Shown: piece by piece, positions 10,419 through 19,700 of the stretch | Numbering within the stretch: position 1 is the stretch's first letter | Layout of the letters: each line of letters begins with the position of its first letter | Assembly (NCBI GenBank): GCA_044229975.1 | Contig: JBGARZ010000011.1 | Coordinates: forward strand, 96,001 to 160,000 | Source of the DNA: Polyangiales bacterium | GTDB taxonomy: Bacteria; Myxococcota_A; Polyangia; Polyangiales; Ga0077539 | DNA length: 64,000 bases | Direction of reading: 5' to 3' | Translations under genes and position numbers: made by a program | The notes under the pieces: generated by a model | Databases searched by the model: none | Told to the model about the DNA's origin: nothing | The model's input: the letters and a program-made list of their open reading frames with translations, nothing else

Positions 10419-12683
10419 ATGCGTTTCGATCGACGATGGCTGCCCGTGGTTTTGTCCGTGTTGCTCCCGGCGTGCGGTGGCGAGGAGACCCCCTTCACGA
10501 TGATCCCCGACGAGGACTCGGGGATCATCGACAAGAAGGATGCCGGGTCGGGACCCATGTTTCCCGACCGCGGGTTTCCTGCCGACGAGGGGGCGCCCGA
10601 GGTGGACGTCCCGCGCGTCGACGCCGGGCGTGACGCCGGGCGCGATGCGGGCAACACCATGGACTCGGGCGTACGCGACGCCGGCTCCCCCGACATCGGC
10701 GTGCGCGACGTCGGCGTCATCGACACCGGGCCGCCGTACGACCCCTGCGCCGCGGGCTCGGTCATCGACCTCACCACGGCCGGAACCATCACCGGCCAGA
10801 CCACCCGCTACACGGGCAGCAACACCGCGACGGGTGCCTCGGCGCCGCTGCGCATCGCGTGCGGCCTGAGCAGCACCGGCCACGAGGTCGCCCTGCGCTA
10901 CACCCCGCGAGCAAACGTCCGCCTGCGCGTCTCGACCAACAACGAAGGCACCACCGCGGACTTCGACACGGTGGTCTGGGCGCAGGCCGCGTGCGCCTCG
11001 CTCACCACCGCCTCCATGGCGCTCGGCTGCAACGACGACGTCGGCGAGGGCACCCGTCGCCTGACCTCGACCTTCACCACGACCGCGGCCGTCACGGCCG
11101 GGACGCCCGTCTACATCGTGGTCGCCGGCTACGGCACCAACTCGACCGGAACCTTCGCGCTCTCCATCACCGAGGTCGTCCCCGGGATGGCGGGCGGCGA
11201 GTGCGACCCGGCCGACATGATGGGGTGCGTGACGGGGCTGCGCTGCGTTCCGATCGGCACCTCCACGATGATGGGCACCTGCATCGCCGACGGCACCGCG
11301 GGCGGTCGCTGCCGCTCGGCGGGCCTCGCCTGCGACGCGGGCCTCACGTGCAGCGGCGTGGTCACGGCCACCACCGCGCGCTGCCGCGCCACCGTCGCGG
11401 TGGGCGGGGCGTGCGACCCCACGGGCGCCGCCAACATCTGCGCCGAGGGGGCCAACTGCATCACCGCGTCGGGCGCCAGCACCTGCGTCGCCGACGGCAC
11501 CGTGGGCGGTCGCTGCCGCGCCACGGGCATGGCCTGCGACGCCACGCTCGTGTGCAGCGGGAGCGCCTCCAACACCGCCTCGCGCTGCCGCGCCACCATC
11601 GCGGTGGGCGGGGCCTGCGACCTCGCCGGAACGGGCGACCCCTGCGTCACGGGCAGCACCTGCCTCACGGTGGCGGGCAACACCACCTGCGTCGCCGACG
11701 GCGCCGTCAACGGTCGCTGCCGCGGCACCGGCGTGGCGTGCGACACGGGCCTCGGCTGCAACGGCACCGCGAGCGCGACGGCCTCGCGCTGCGTGACGGC
11801 CGTCGCCGTCGGCGGGGCGTGCCCCACCGGGAGCATCTGCACCAGCGGCAGCACCTGCCTGTCGATGGTCTGCATGGCGGATGGCGCCCTCAACGGTCGT
11901 TGCCGCGCGACGGGCATGGCCTGCGACGCGGGCCTCGGCTGCAACGGCACCGCGAGCGCGACGGCCTCGCGCTGCGTGACGGCCGTCGCCGTGGGCGGGG
12001 CGTGCACGTCGATGAGCGTCTGCGCCAGTGGGAGCCGGTGCCTCTCCTCGGGCGGATCGATGATCTGCGTGGCCGACGGCGGGGCGGGCACCCTGTGCCG
12101 CGCCGACGCGCCGCGCTGCAACACGTCGCTGACGTGCTCGTCGGCGTTCGTCATGCCGCTCGAGGGCTGGTGCCTGAGCACGGTGGCGACGGGCGCGACC
12201 TGCGACTGGACCGGGCGCAGCACCATGTGCCCGACGGGCGAAGGCTGCGTCGCGACGAGCGCCACCGCGGGCACCTGCACGGCGGCGCAGGCGGAGATGG
12301 AGAACAACAACTCGTTCAACCCGCCGACGACGGTCTCGTCCACGGGCGCGAGCGTCACCGGGAGCATCGCGGCGGGCGACCGCGACTGCTTCGGGCTCAT
12401 GGTCCCGGCGGGCGGCTCGATCTACGCGCAGGTGCAGCTCCCCGGCGAGCCGGGCTGCCCGCGCGGTGGCTCCGACCCGATGCTCTTCCTCTACCGCCCG
12501 GATGGTAGCCAGCTCACCTCGCAGGACGACACCGACGGCTTCGGGCTCTGCCCGATGATCAACCCGACGGTGATCAGCAACGCGCGCAACGTCTCGGGCG
12601 GGCGCTACACCGTCTGCGTCACCGGCCTCCTGAGCAGCAGCGTCGTCCCCAACTACCTGCTCTCCTTCGGCTACTACCGCTGA
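10419..12683 (+). CDS. Cys-rich repeat lipoprotein with PPC-like domains at both ends
   Basis: Lipobox LPAC, acidic linker, CVADGxxxGRCR repeats, EMENNNS...GDRDCF C-terminal domain. Confidence 0.83.
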   Translation: MRFDRRWLPVVLSVLLPACGGEETPFTMIPDEDSGIIDKKDAGSGPMFPDRGFPADEGAPEVDVPRVDAGRDAGRDAGNTMDSGVRDAGSPDIGVRDVGVIDTGPPYDPCAAGSVIDLTTAGTITGQTTRYTGSNTATGASAPLRIACGLSSTGHEVALRYTPRANVRLRVSTNNEGTTADFDTVVWAQAACASLTTASMALGCNDDVGEGTRRLTSTFTTTAAVTAGTPVYIVVAGYGTNSTGTFALSITEVVPGMAGGECDPADMMGCVTGLRCVPIGTSTMMGTCIADGTAGGRCRSAGLACDAGLTCSGVVTATTARCRATVAVGGACDPTGAANICAEGANCITASGASTCVADGTVGGRCRATGMACDATLVCSGSASNTASRCRATIAVGGACDLAGTGDPCVTGSTCLTVAGNTTCVADGAVNGRCRGTGVACDTGLGCNGTASATASRCVTAVAVGGACPTGSICTSGSTCLSMVCMADGALNGRCRATGMACDAGLGCNGTASATASRCVTAVAVGGACTSMSVCASGSRCLSSGGSMICVADGGAGTLCRADAPRCNTSLTCSSAFVMPLEGWCLSTVATGATCDWTGRSTMCPTGEGCVATSATAGTCTAAQAEMENNNSFNPPTTVSSTGASVTGSIAAGDRDCFGLMVPAGGSIYAQVQLPGEPGCPRGGSDPMLFLYRPDGSQLTSQDDTDGFGLCPMINPTVISNARNVSGGRYTVCVTGLLSSSVVPNYLLSFGYYR

Positions 12684-12689
12684 CCGCGC

Positions 12690-13553
12690 TCACCGCCAGG
12701 GCAGGACGTTGCGCGGGTCACACGGCACGCTGACCTCCTGCTCGGTGACCCGCGCGATCTCCTCCCGCATCACGTCGACGCCAGCGCGCACCCGCCGCAC
12801 CTCGTAGTGCAGGTGCACCACGCCTTCGGCGCCGGTGTCCCCCACGAAGCCGATGACGGTCCCCGGTCGCACGAACATCCCGCGCGCGAGCCCCTGCGCC
12901 GCCGCGTCGAGGTGACCGTAGAGCGTCAGGAACGTCCACAGGGTCTCTCCCTCGCGCACGACCTGACGCAGCAGCACCGTCGTCCCGAAGAGGTGCCCGA
13001 CGTAGACGACCTCCGGGTCGCCCTGCTCGCCGCGCAGGCTCACCACGCGCACCGGGGTCCCGCGCGGCTGCGGGAGATCGACGCCGCCGTGCCCCGTGGC
13101 GGTGAGCCCGGCGCCGCGGCGTTGTTGGGAGTCGGGGCGATCGAGGTCGTAGCCCGACGTCACCGCGCGCATCCCCTCGGTCGGAACCGGGTACACGAAG
13201 CGGTCGTAGTCCTCGGGGACGTCACGGCCGCGTGGGATGTGCTCGTACGTGACGCGCCGCCCGGTGCGCTCGGTGTGCACGTTGGTCACCACCGTCGCGC
13301 CCTCGTGGGCCACCGCGCCCGCCGTCGGCAGGCAGAACCCATCGAGGTCGAGCTCGCCCACCGCGCACCGCGGGTGCAGGCACTCGTCGCCCAGCATCAC
13401 CCCGTCGCAGCGCGCTCCCTCGGGCGCGACCGCCGCCGTCTCGGGCGCCCGCGCGTTCATCGCCAGCGCCGCGACCTCCCGCTGCCGCGCCGGCAGCCAC
13501 GCGCACGGAACCACCAGCAGCGCCATCCACGGTGACCAGCTTCGCGCGCTCAT
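12690..13553 (-). CDS. M23 family metallopeptidase
   Basis: HGGVD, YGHL and VGDTG...HLHYEVR zinc motifs. Confidence 0.9.
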   Translation of the reverse strand: MSARSWSPWMALLVVPCAWLPARQREVAALAMNARAPETAAVAPEGARCDGVMLGDECLHPRCAVGELDLDGFCLPTAGAVAHEGATVVTNVHTERTGRRVTYEHIPRGRDVPEDYDRFVYPVPTEGMRAVTSGYDLDRPDSQQRRGAGLTATGHGGVDLPQPRGTPVRVVSLRGEQGDPEVVYVGHLFGTTVLLRQVVREGETLWTFLTLYGHLDAAAQGLARGMFVRPGTVIGFVGDTGAEGVVHLHYEVRRVRAGVDVMREEIARVTEQEVSVPCDPRNVLPWR

Positions 13554-13602
13554 GGCTCCAGTCCGCCCCCAACGACCGCGACCACCGATCGCATTCCCGC
13601 GC

Positions 13603-14586
13603 TCACGACGACACCATCGCGACGACGCGCGCCGTGAGCCACCACCCGCCCGCGACGCCCGCGAGCGAGACCACCGCGCGCTCGCCCCACGCACGGGCGG
13701 CGAGCGGGAGACGGGAGACCACCGCGCGCTCCCACAGCACCACCGCGAGCACCGCGAGGAGCTGCGCCAGCTCGACGCCGACGTTGAAGGCGCCGAGCGC
13801 GAGGGCGCGCTCACCGGAAGGGAGGCCCGCGGCGCGGAGGCCCTCGGCGAAGCCCAGGCCGTGGACGAGCCCGAAGGCGAAGGGCAGCGCGGGAGACCTG
13901 CTCTCGTCGGGAGCTCGTTGCCAGACGTCGGCCGCCAGCAGCCACACGCTCCCGGCGATGAGCGCCTCGACCCACGCGACCGGCACCGGAACCGTCGTCA
14001 GCGTCGCCGCCGCGAGCGTCGCCGCGTGCCCCAGCGTAAACGCCGACACCGCCATCGCGCGGCGCCGCCAGCCTCGCACCCGCACCATGAGCAGCGCGAG
14101 GAAGAGCAGGTGGTCGACGCCCGTCGCGAGGTGCGCCACCCCGAGCGCCACGAAGGAGCGCGCGGTCGCCCAGCGCGACGGCCTCACCGTCGTCGCCGCA
14201 ATCACCAGCGACGGAACCGCCGGCCGCAGCGTTCGTGCCCACGACGAGCCGTCGCGGCGGTACACGGCGACCAGGGTCTCGTGCGCCGCGCCGAGGTTGT
14301 CCACCGCGACGCCGTCGAGTCCGCCGGGGCCGCAGTCCACCCGCCATTGCCAACGCTCTCCGCGCGCCTCGGGCACCCGCGCGGGAACATCGAGCACCCG
14401 ACACCGCGACGACAGCGCAAACGACCACGCGGCGCCCACCCGCGACGGGTCGTCGTCCACCCGAACGCCCACCGTGACGACGCGGTCGGCGGACTCCGTC
14501 AGCGTCACCACCTCGGGGTCGCGGCCGTGCGCCTGCGCGGCGCTCGCCGTCAGCACCAGCGCGCTCGCGAGCAGCCATCGCGTCAC
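13603..14586 (-). CDS. HupE/UreJ family membrane protein
   Basis: GVAHLATGVDHLLF, AFTLGHAATL, FGLVHGLGFA and FNVGVELAQL motifs. Confidence 0.9.
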   Translation of the reverse strand: MTRWLLASALVLTASAAQAHGRDPEVVTLTESADRVVTVGVRVDDDPSRVGAAWSFALSSRCRVLDVPARVPEARGERWQWRVDCGPGGLDGVAVDNLGAAHETLVAVYRRDGSSWARTLRPAVPSLVIAATTVRPSRWATARSFVALGVAHLATGVDHLLFLALLMVRVRGWRRRAMAVSAFTLGHAATLAAATLTTVPVPVAWVEALIAGSVWLLAADVWQRAPDESRSPALPFAFGLVHGLGFAEGLRAAGLPSGERALALGAFNVGVELAQLLAVLAVVLWERAVVSRLPLAARAWGERAVVSLAGVAGGWWLTARVVAMVSS

Positions 14587-15404
14587 GGCGCGGCACCCGG
14601 CTCGTAGCGCAGCGGTCGCTCGCGTCGGAGGCGCTGGCGGGCGGCCTCTTCGGCCTCGGCACGCTGGTCGTCGCGCCAGTCGGCGACGAGGCGAGCGCCC
14701 GCTTGAACGACGGTGAGCGTCGCGGCGGGCAGGCGTCTGGTGAGACGCACGCGGTGCCACCCGAAGCGCGTCTCGATGGGCGGCGACCATGCGCCGACGG
14801 GGAGCGATCGAAGCGCCTCGACGAAGCCATCGCCGTACTCCGCGGCGAGGCTGGTGTCGTTGCGATCGGTGACCTCGCGGCCGAAGGGCGGCGCGTCACC
14901 GAGCGCGTCGGGGTGGTCGCCGAGCGCGAGGGATGCCATCACGGCGGGACCATCGGCGGGGTGCACCGCGCGTGAGACGAAGACCTGCGTGAAGCTCACC
15001 GTCGACGGGATGGCGTAGCGCTCGGGGTGGCGCGCGAGGGTGCGGGCGAGGTCGGCGGGCGTCGGCGGGGTGGTGGGTGCTTCGCCGCGGAGGGTCCACG
15101 CGGCGCGCTCGACGAGGCGTTGGCGGAGCACGGGGTCGCCCTCCCAGACGCGGCGTTCGATGGCCTCGCGGTAGAGGCGCTCGTCGTCGAGGGAGAGGTC
15201 GACGGCGGCGGCGAGCTCGGCGCGGGTGGGCGGGCGATGGAGGCGGGCGGTGAGCTCCGTGCGCAGCGCAGCGACGGTGGCGCGGGAGACCACCACGGCG
15301 CGATCGGGGGTGCGGTGGGAGCGGGATTCGAGGGCGTAGAGCGCGGCGCCGAGCGCGAGAAACCGCAGCGCGGGAGAGCGCCACAGCCGCCGCGCGTCGA
15401 TCAC
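14583..15404 (-). CDS. Parvulin/PpiC-type peptidyl-prolyl isomerase-like protein
   Basis: LYREA...DPVLRQRL, YGDGF..L..LPVGAWSPPIETRFGWH; GTGA overlaps with both neighbours. Confidence 0.82.
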   Translation of the reverse strand: MIDARRLWRSPALRFLALGAALYALESRSHRTPDRAVVVSRATVAALRTELTARLHRPPTRAELAAAVDLSLDDERLYREAIERRVWEGDPVLRQRLVERAAWTLRGEAPTTPPTPADLARTLARHPERYAIPSTVSFTQVFVSRAVHPADGPAVMASLALGDHPDALGDAPPFGREVTDRNDTSLAAEYGDGFVEALRSLPVGAWSPPIETRFGWHRVRLTRRLPAATLTVVQAGARLVADWRDDQRAEAEEAARQRLRRERPLRYEPGAAP

Positions 15405-15613
15405 CCGACGGTGACGAGGGGGGCGTCTTCGTTGACGGCCTGGCCCTCGGCGACGTGGATCGCGGTGACCGTCCCGCCGTCCTCGGACTCGACGGGCATC
15501 TCCATCTTCATCGACTCCAGGATCACCACGGTGGTGCCCGGCTCGATGACGTCGCCGACCTTCACTTCGATCTTCCAGACGGTCCCGGTGATGTGCGCGT
15601 TGATGACGGCCAT
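15401..15613 (-). CDS. Stand-alone biotin/lipoyl carrier protein
   Basis: ILESMKME biotinylation motif, 70 aa. Confidence 0.93.
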   Translation of the reverse strand: MAVINAHITGTVWKIEVKVGDVIEPGTTVVILESMKMEMPVESEDGGTVTAIHVAEGQAVNEDAPLVTVG

Positions 15614-15856
15614 GGTCGTGCTCTCCCTCCAGAATGGAGGCGCGCACCGTACTTTCCCGCCCGCCGTCGAATCAAGCGTCGTGATGGGGCGGTTTTGCGG
15701 GCGTGGTCAGGGAAGTTCCCACCGACCCGGGTGGGCTGGTCAGCGGTGTCCCACCCCATGGACGCGCTGCGTTACAGGCATTTCACGACGATTCATGGGG
15801 CGGTCGTGCGAGCATGGCGTGGCCCGGGTACTGCACTGTCATCGTCCCGAACCTCC

Positions 15857-16963
15857 ATGGAGACCGCGATGCGAACCCCGACCTCGACCGACCGTTCCCC
15901 CCGCTGGCTGTTGAGCCTGAGCATGGTGATGGTCGCGTGCGCCACCAACACCGACGACACGACGCCGACGGTGACCATGGCGGGCTTCGTTCCGGACACG
16001 GAGATCACCGAGGCCGAGCAGGCGGCGGGCGTTCGCACCGACGGCACCACCGAGCCCGAAAACGACTTCACCGCCCCGACGGCGGAGACCGACGGCGACG
16101 TGGCCTCGCTCGCGCCGGCCTTCGACGAGACGGGCGTCACGACGGCGGGCGCGGACGGCACGGGCGTGGCGGTCGACGCGGTGACGGGCTGTCGCGCGGC
16201 GGCCGGGTACAGCCACGGCAACCGCACCAACATCTGCGTGGTGTCGGTCGACGGCAAGCTGGTCGAGGTTCGCACCGCGCAGGCCTTCTCGGCGATGCGC
16301 GCGGCGGCGCGCTCGGCGGGCGTCAACATCACGATCGTCAGCGGCTTCCGCACGATGGATCAGCAGCGCTACCTCTACAACCTGTACCTCGCGGGCCGCG
16401 GCAACCTCGCGGCGCGGCCGGGCTACTCCAACCACCAGAGCGGCCTCGCGCTCGACCTCAACACCAGCAGCGGCGGCGTCTACAACTGGCTCTCGCGCAA
16501 CGCGTCGCGCTTCGGGTTCCGCCGCACGGTGCCGAGCGAGGCGTGGCACTGGGAGCGCCCGGCCGGGTCGCAGGGGTCGTTCTCGGGCGGCAGCTCGACC
16601 AACCGTTGCTACTCCTCGACGCTGGGCCGCGAGGTGGCCGAGAAGACCTGCGTCGAGTCGCGGCTCGATAGTGCCTGGTACCAGTGCGACAACGGGAGCT
16701 GGATCGCCGGTCGCGCCAGCCGCGGCGCGTGCTCGGCGTCGTACCCGCTCAGCGGCGGCAACACCGGCGGCGGCACGAGCGGCGGCAGCGGCACCTGCTA
16801 CAGCGGCACGCTCGGCCGTGACCTGCGCGTGGGCTCGTGCCTCCAGAGCCGCTTCGACAGCGCGTGGTACCAGTGCGCCAGCATCGGGTGGGTGCTCAAC
16901 AGCAGCATCCCCTCCACGCGCCGCGGCTACGCCGGGGCGTGCAGCAGCTACACGCCGCTCTGA
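15857..16963 (+). CDS. M15B D-Ala-D-Ala carboxypeptidase-type lipoprotein with two C-terminal Cys repeats
   Basis: SGFRT..QQ, AARPGYSNHQSGLALD and EAWHW motifs; lipobox MVAC. Confidence 0.88.
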   Translation: METAMRTPTSTDRSPRWLLSLSMVMVACATNTDDTTPTVTMAGFVPDTEITEAEQAAGVRTDGTTEPENDFTAPTAETDGDVASLAPAFDETGVTTAGADGTGVAVDAVTGCRAAAGYSHGNRTNICVVSVDGKLVEVRTAQAFSAMRAAARSAGVNITIVSGFRTMDQQRYLYNLYLAGRGNLAARPGYSNHQSGLALDLNTSSGGVYNWLSRNASRFGFRRTVPSEAWHWERPAGSQGSFSGGSSTNRCYSSTLGREVAEKTCVESRLDSAWYQCDNGSWIAGRASRGACSASYPLSGGNTGGGTSGGSGTCYSGTLGRDLRVGSCLQSRFDSAWYQCASIGWVLNSSIPSTRRGYAGACSSYTPL

Positions 16964-17054
16964 TCTTCTCCCCGCCTACGATCACAGAAATACGCGCTTC
17001 GCGCGGAAGTTCATAGACAGATTTTCTCGCGCGGCCGTGGCACTCCGTCCCACG

Positions 17055-18433
17055 ATGGCCAAACCTCCGACCGTGCGGGATGAACGGGATTTCAAGGCGT
17101 TTGTCGCCGAGCAGCCGCTCGCGTGGACGATGCCCTCGCAGCCCGCACTCATGGGCCTGCACCTCGGGACGCACGCCGAACCCGCTGCTTCGACGAGGAC
17201 GCTGCGCGACGACGAGCGGCTGTGGGAGGCGTGGTGGCGCGACGAGCTGTCGCTCGACGACACCGTGCGTGCGGGACGGCGGACGGCGACCGTGGGTCGA
17301 CTGCTGGCGTCATCTTTCTGCACGCGCACGACCGGCGGTCTCATGAGGTGGCCGAGCGCGAGCGCCTCGACGAGCTGAGCGAGTTCTCGGCGGAGCTGCG
17401 CCGCGCCCTCGGAGCGGTGCGCGTGGTGTCGCATGACTGCGGAAGCACCCGCGGCGTGATCCTGCGCGACCCGGCCGACCCCGAGGTGCTCGCGCCACCG
17501 CTCCACGAACGCGCGCTGGGTCGCGTCCTCGCGGACGACGTCGTCACTCACGCGGGCGAGGTGCTGGCGCGCGCGGGTGAGGTCATCGGTCCCCGTCACC
17601 ACGCGGTGTGGGACCGCGTCGACGAGGTCTCCATCCGCTCTCTCGCCACATGCGGTGAGAGCGACGGGGTGTGCGCGCGCTGCTACGGGCTCGACCCCGA
17701 TGAAGGAACCATCATGCAGCCCGTCGAGCCGGACGACGGGCGGGAGTGGACGATCCCGATCGACGCCGGGCACTGGTTGCAGACGCCGCTCGGATCGGTG
17801 GTCGAGCGGGGCGACGAGATCGCCGTGGGCGGCTGGGTACACGCGCGCTTCGGTGACGCTGACTGCACACTGCACGAAGTGCGCGATCACCTCGACCTCG
17901 CGCGCGGCGACGTCTCGACCCCTTCACCCTGCGACGGCGTGGTGCTGCGACTCGACACGGGGCGGGTCGTGGTGCGCTCCTTCGCGGGTCGCGAGTATTC
18001 GTTGAGGGGTCGTCGGCCCACGTTCGCCGTCCGCGCAGGCGACCTGGTCGTACGCGGCGAGCCGCTCACCTACGGAGCGACGAGCCAGCGGCGCCTCCTG
18101 CGCATCGTCGGCGAGGAGGCCGTGGCCGCGCTCATCACCGAGACCATCGAGCACCATGCGGTCTGGGGGAAGGTGCCCTTTGCGCGCGTGCACGCCGAGC
18201 TCCTCGCCCGCGCGATGCTCTCGTGGCGGAGGGTGCGTCGACCCGGCGACACCGGGCTCACGCGCAACGCCGTCGTGTCCCGTGCCAAGTGCGATCGTGT
18301 GCAGCGGGAGACCATCGCCCGAGGGGGACAGCCCGCCGAGGTGGTGCCGATCATCAAGGGGCTCGGTCGCCTCGCTGGGCGCCGCTGGATGCTCACCCAC
18401 CGCGAGCGCATGGCGCGCCGCGACGATGAGTGA
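17055..18433 (+). pseudogene. Degenerate RNA polymerase beta-prime (RpoC)-derived gene, split by a frameshift near 17310
   Basis: PSQxxxxGL..T and TVGRLL in frame 17055-17378; HDCG, LxERxLGRVLAxDV, IRSLATC and GVCARCYG (Zn site), VxxGDxVxRGEPLTxG, LLRIxG, HxELxxRxML and PGDT in frame 17123-18433; no NADFDGD. Confidence 0.75.
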
Positions 18434-18498
18434 GCGGGGGGCGGGAGATGCTCTGCCCCCTTTGCCTCACGGTCGTCGCCTGTGGAAGAGTCGTTCCC

Positions 18499-18858
18499 AT
18501 GAGGCCCCTGACGATCGAGCTCCCCGACGATCTCGTGGAGCGGTTGAAGCCCGTCTCCGACCGCATGGTCGCCGTGCTCGAACGTGGCCTCCGTGAAGTG
18601 GACGCCACGGAGCCTGGGTTCGGCGGGGTCGTAGAGGTGATGGAGTTTCTCGCGGGCCTTCCGGCGCCCGATGAGGTGCTCGCGTTGCGCCCTTCCGCGC
18701 GCTTCGAGCATCGGGTCCGTGAGCTGCTCGATCGCAGCGGCACAGCAGGTCTGTCGCCGGACGAGGAGCGCGAGTGGGCTCAGTATGAGTTCGTCGAGCA
18801 CCTCGTTCGCAAGGCGAAGGCGCGCGCCGCAGCGCTCACGCGACGCGTCCCGGCGTGA
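18499..18858 (+). CDS. Small antitoxin-like hypothetical protein
   Basis: N-terminal LTIELPDDLVERL (RHH-like); GTGA-coupled to the HNH gene. Confidence 0.7.
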   Translation: MRPLTIELPDDLVERLKPVSDRMVAVLERGLREVDATEPGFGGVVEVMEFLAGLPAPDEVLALRPSARFEHRVRELLDRSGTAGLSPDEEREWAQYEFVEHLVRKAKARAAALTRRVPA

Positions 18859-19280
18859 CTCGGATCTATGTGGCAGCCAGCCTGCGGCGACTCGTCCGCG
18901 AGCGTGCCCAAGGCCGCTGCGAGTACTGCTTGACGCCCGAGAGCGTCTCCTTCGTACCGCACGAGCCCGATCACATCATCGCGCAGAAGCACGACGGCGC
19001 CACGGACGAAGGAAACCTCGCCCTCTGCTGTTCGCTCTGCAACAAACACAAAGGAACCGACCTCGCGTCCGTCGACCCGGCGTCTGGAGAGGTGGTGTTG
19101 CTGTATCACCCGCGACGCGACCGATGGGCGGAGCACTTCCAGCTCGGCGAGCTTCGCATTGAGGGAGTGTCACCATCTGGCCGAGCGACCGTCAGGCTAT
19201 TGAGGTTGAACCGCGCGGAGTGCCTCGACGAGCGTGCGCTGCTCGTCGTGGCCGAGCTCTGGCCGTACACGCCGCGGTGA
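18855..19280 (+). CDS. HNH endonuclease
   Basis: RCEYC, DHIIAQKHDG, NLALCCSLCNKHKG and HPRRDRWAEHF motifs. Confidence 0.92.
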   Translation: MTRIYVAASLRRLVRERAQGRCEYCLTPESVSFVPHEPDHIIAQKHDGATDEGNLALCCSLCNKHKGTDLASVDPASGEVVLLYHPRRDRWAEHFQLGELRIEGVSPSGRATVRLLRLNRAECLDERALLVVAELWPYTPR

Positions 19281-19296
19281 ACAGCGCGCTCGACGA

Positions 19297-19600
19297 TCAA
19301 TCCTCGTCGCTGACCGACGTGGTGCGGTCGATGGTCCCGTCGCCGTTGTCGTCGAAGGTCACGGTCATGGGCATGCCGTTGCCGGCCCAGCTCCCGAAGT
19401 TGACGAACTACAGCTCGAAGGTGGGCGCCGTAGCGCTCCCGTCGAAGCTCCCCCCGCGCGCGGGCGCCACCATCGGGTCGACGGTCGACTGGGTGATGGC
19501 CCAGAACATCAGCTCGCGCTCGACGGTGGTGTCGAGCGGCTGCGCGTAGGCGTTGGCCCCGCCGTCCCCGTCGGGGTCGTGCCGGAGTCGGCGGGCGTGG
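19297..19600 (-). pseudogene. 3' remnant of an unknown gene with an in-frame TAG
   Basis: Frame reads ...TAPTFEL*FVNFGSWAGNGMPMTVTFDDNGDGTIDRTTSVSDED*; 5' boundary approximate. Confidence 0.5.
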
Positions 19601-19700
19601 TGCCGCGATCGACGGGGTTGGTGCCCGCATCGGTTGGCCCGGGTCCCCCTCCCCCGTGAACCTCGAACTATTCCGAAGGTGCCTGGAGTAGCCTCCGCGC

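Noticed and set aside
17055..18433. Genuine rpoC gene
   Set aside because: About one third of the normal length, highly diverged, lacks NADFDGD, and has no rpoB neighbour
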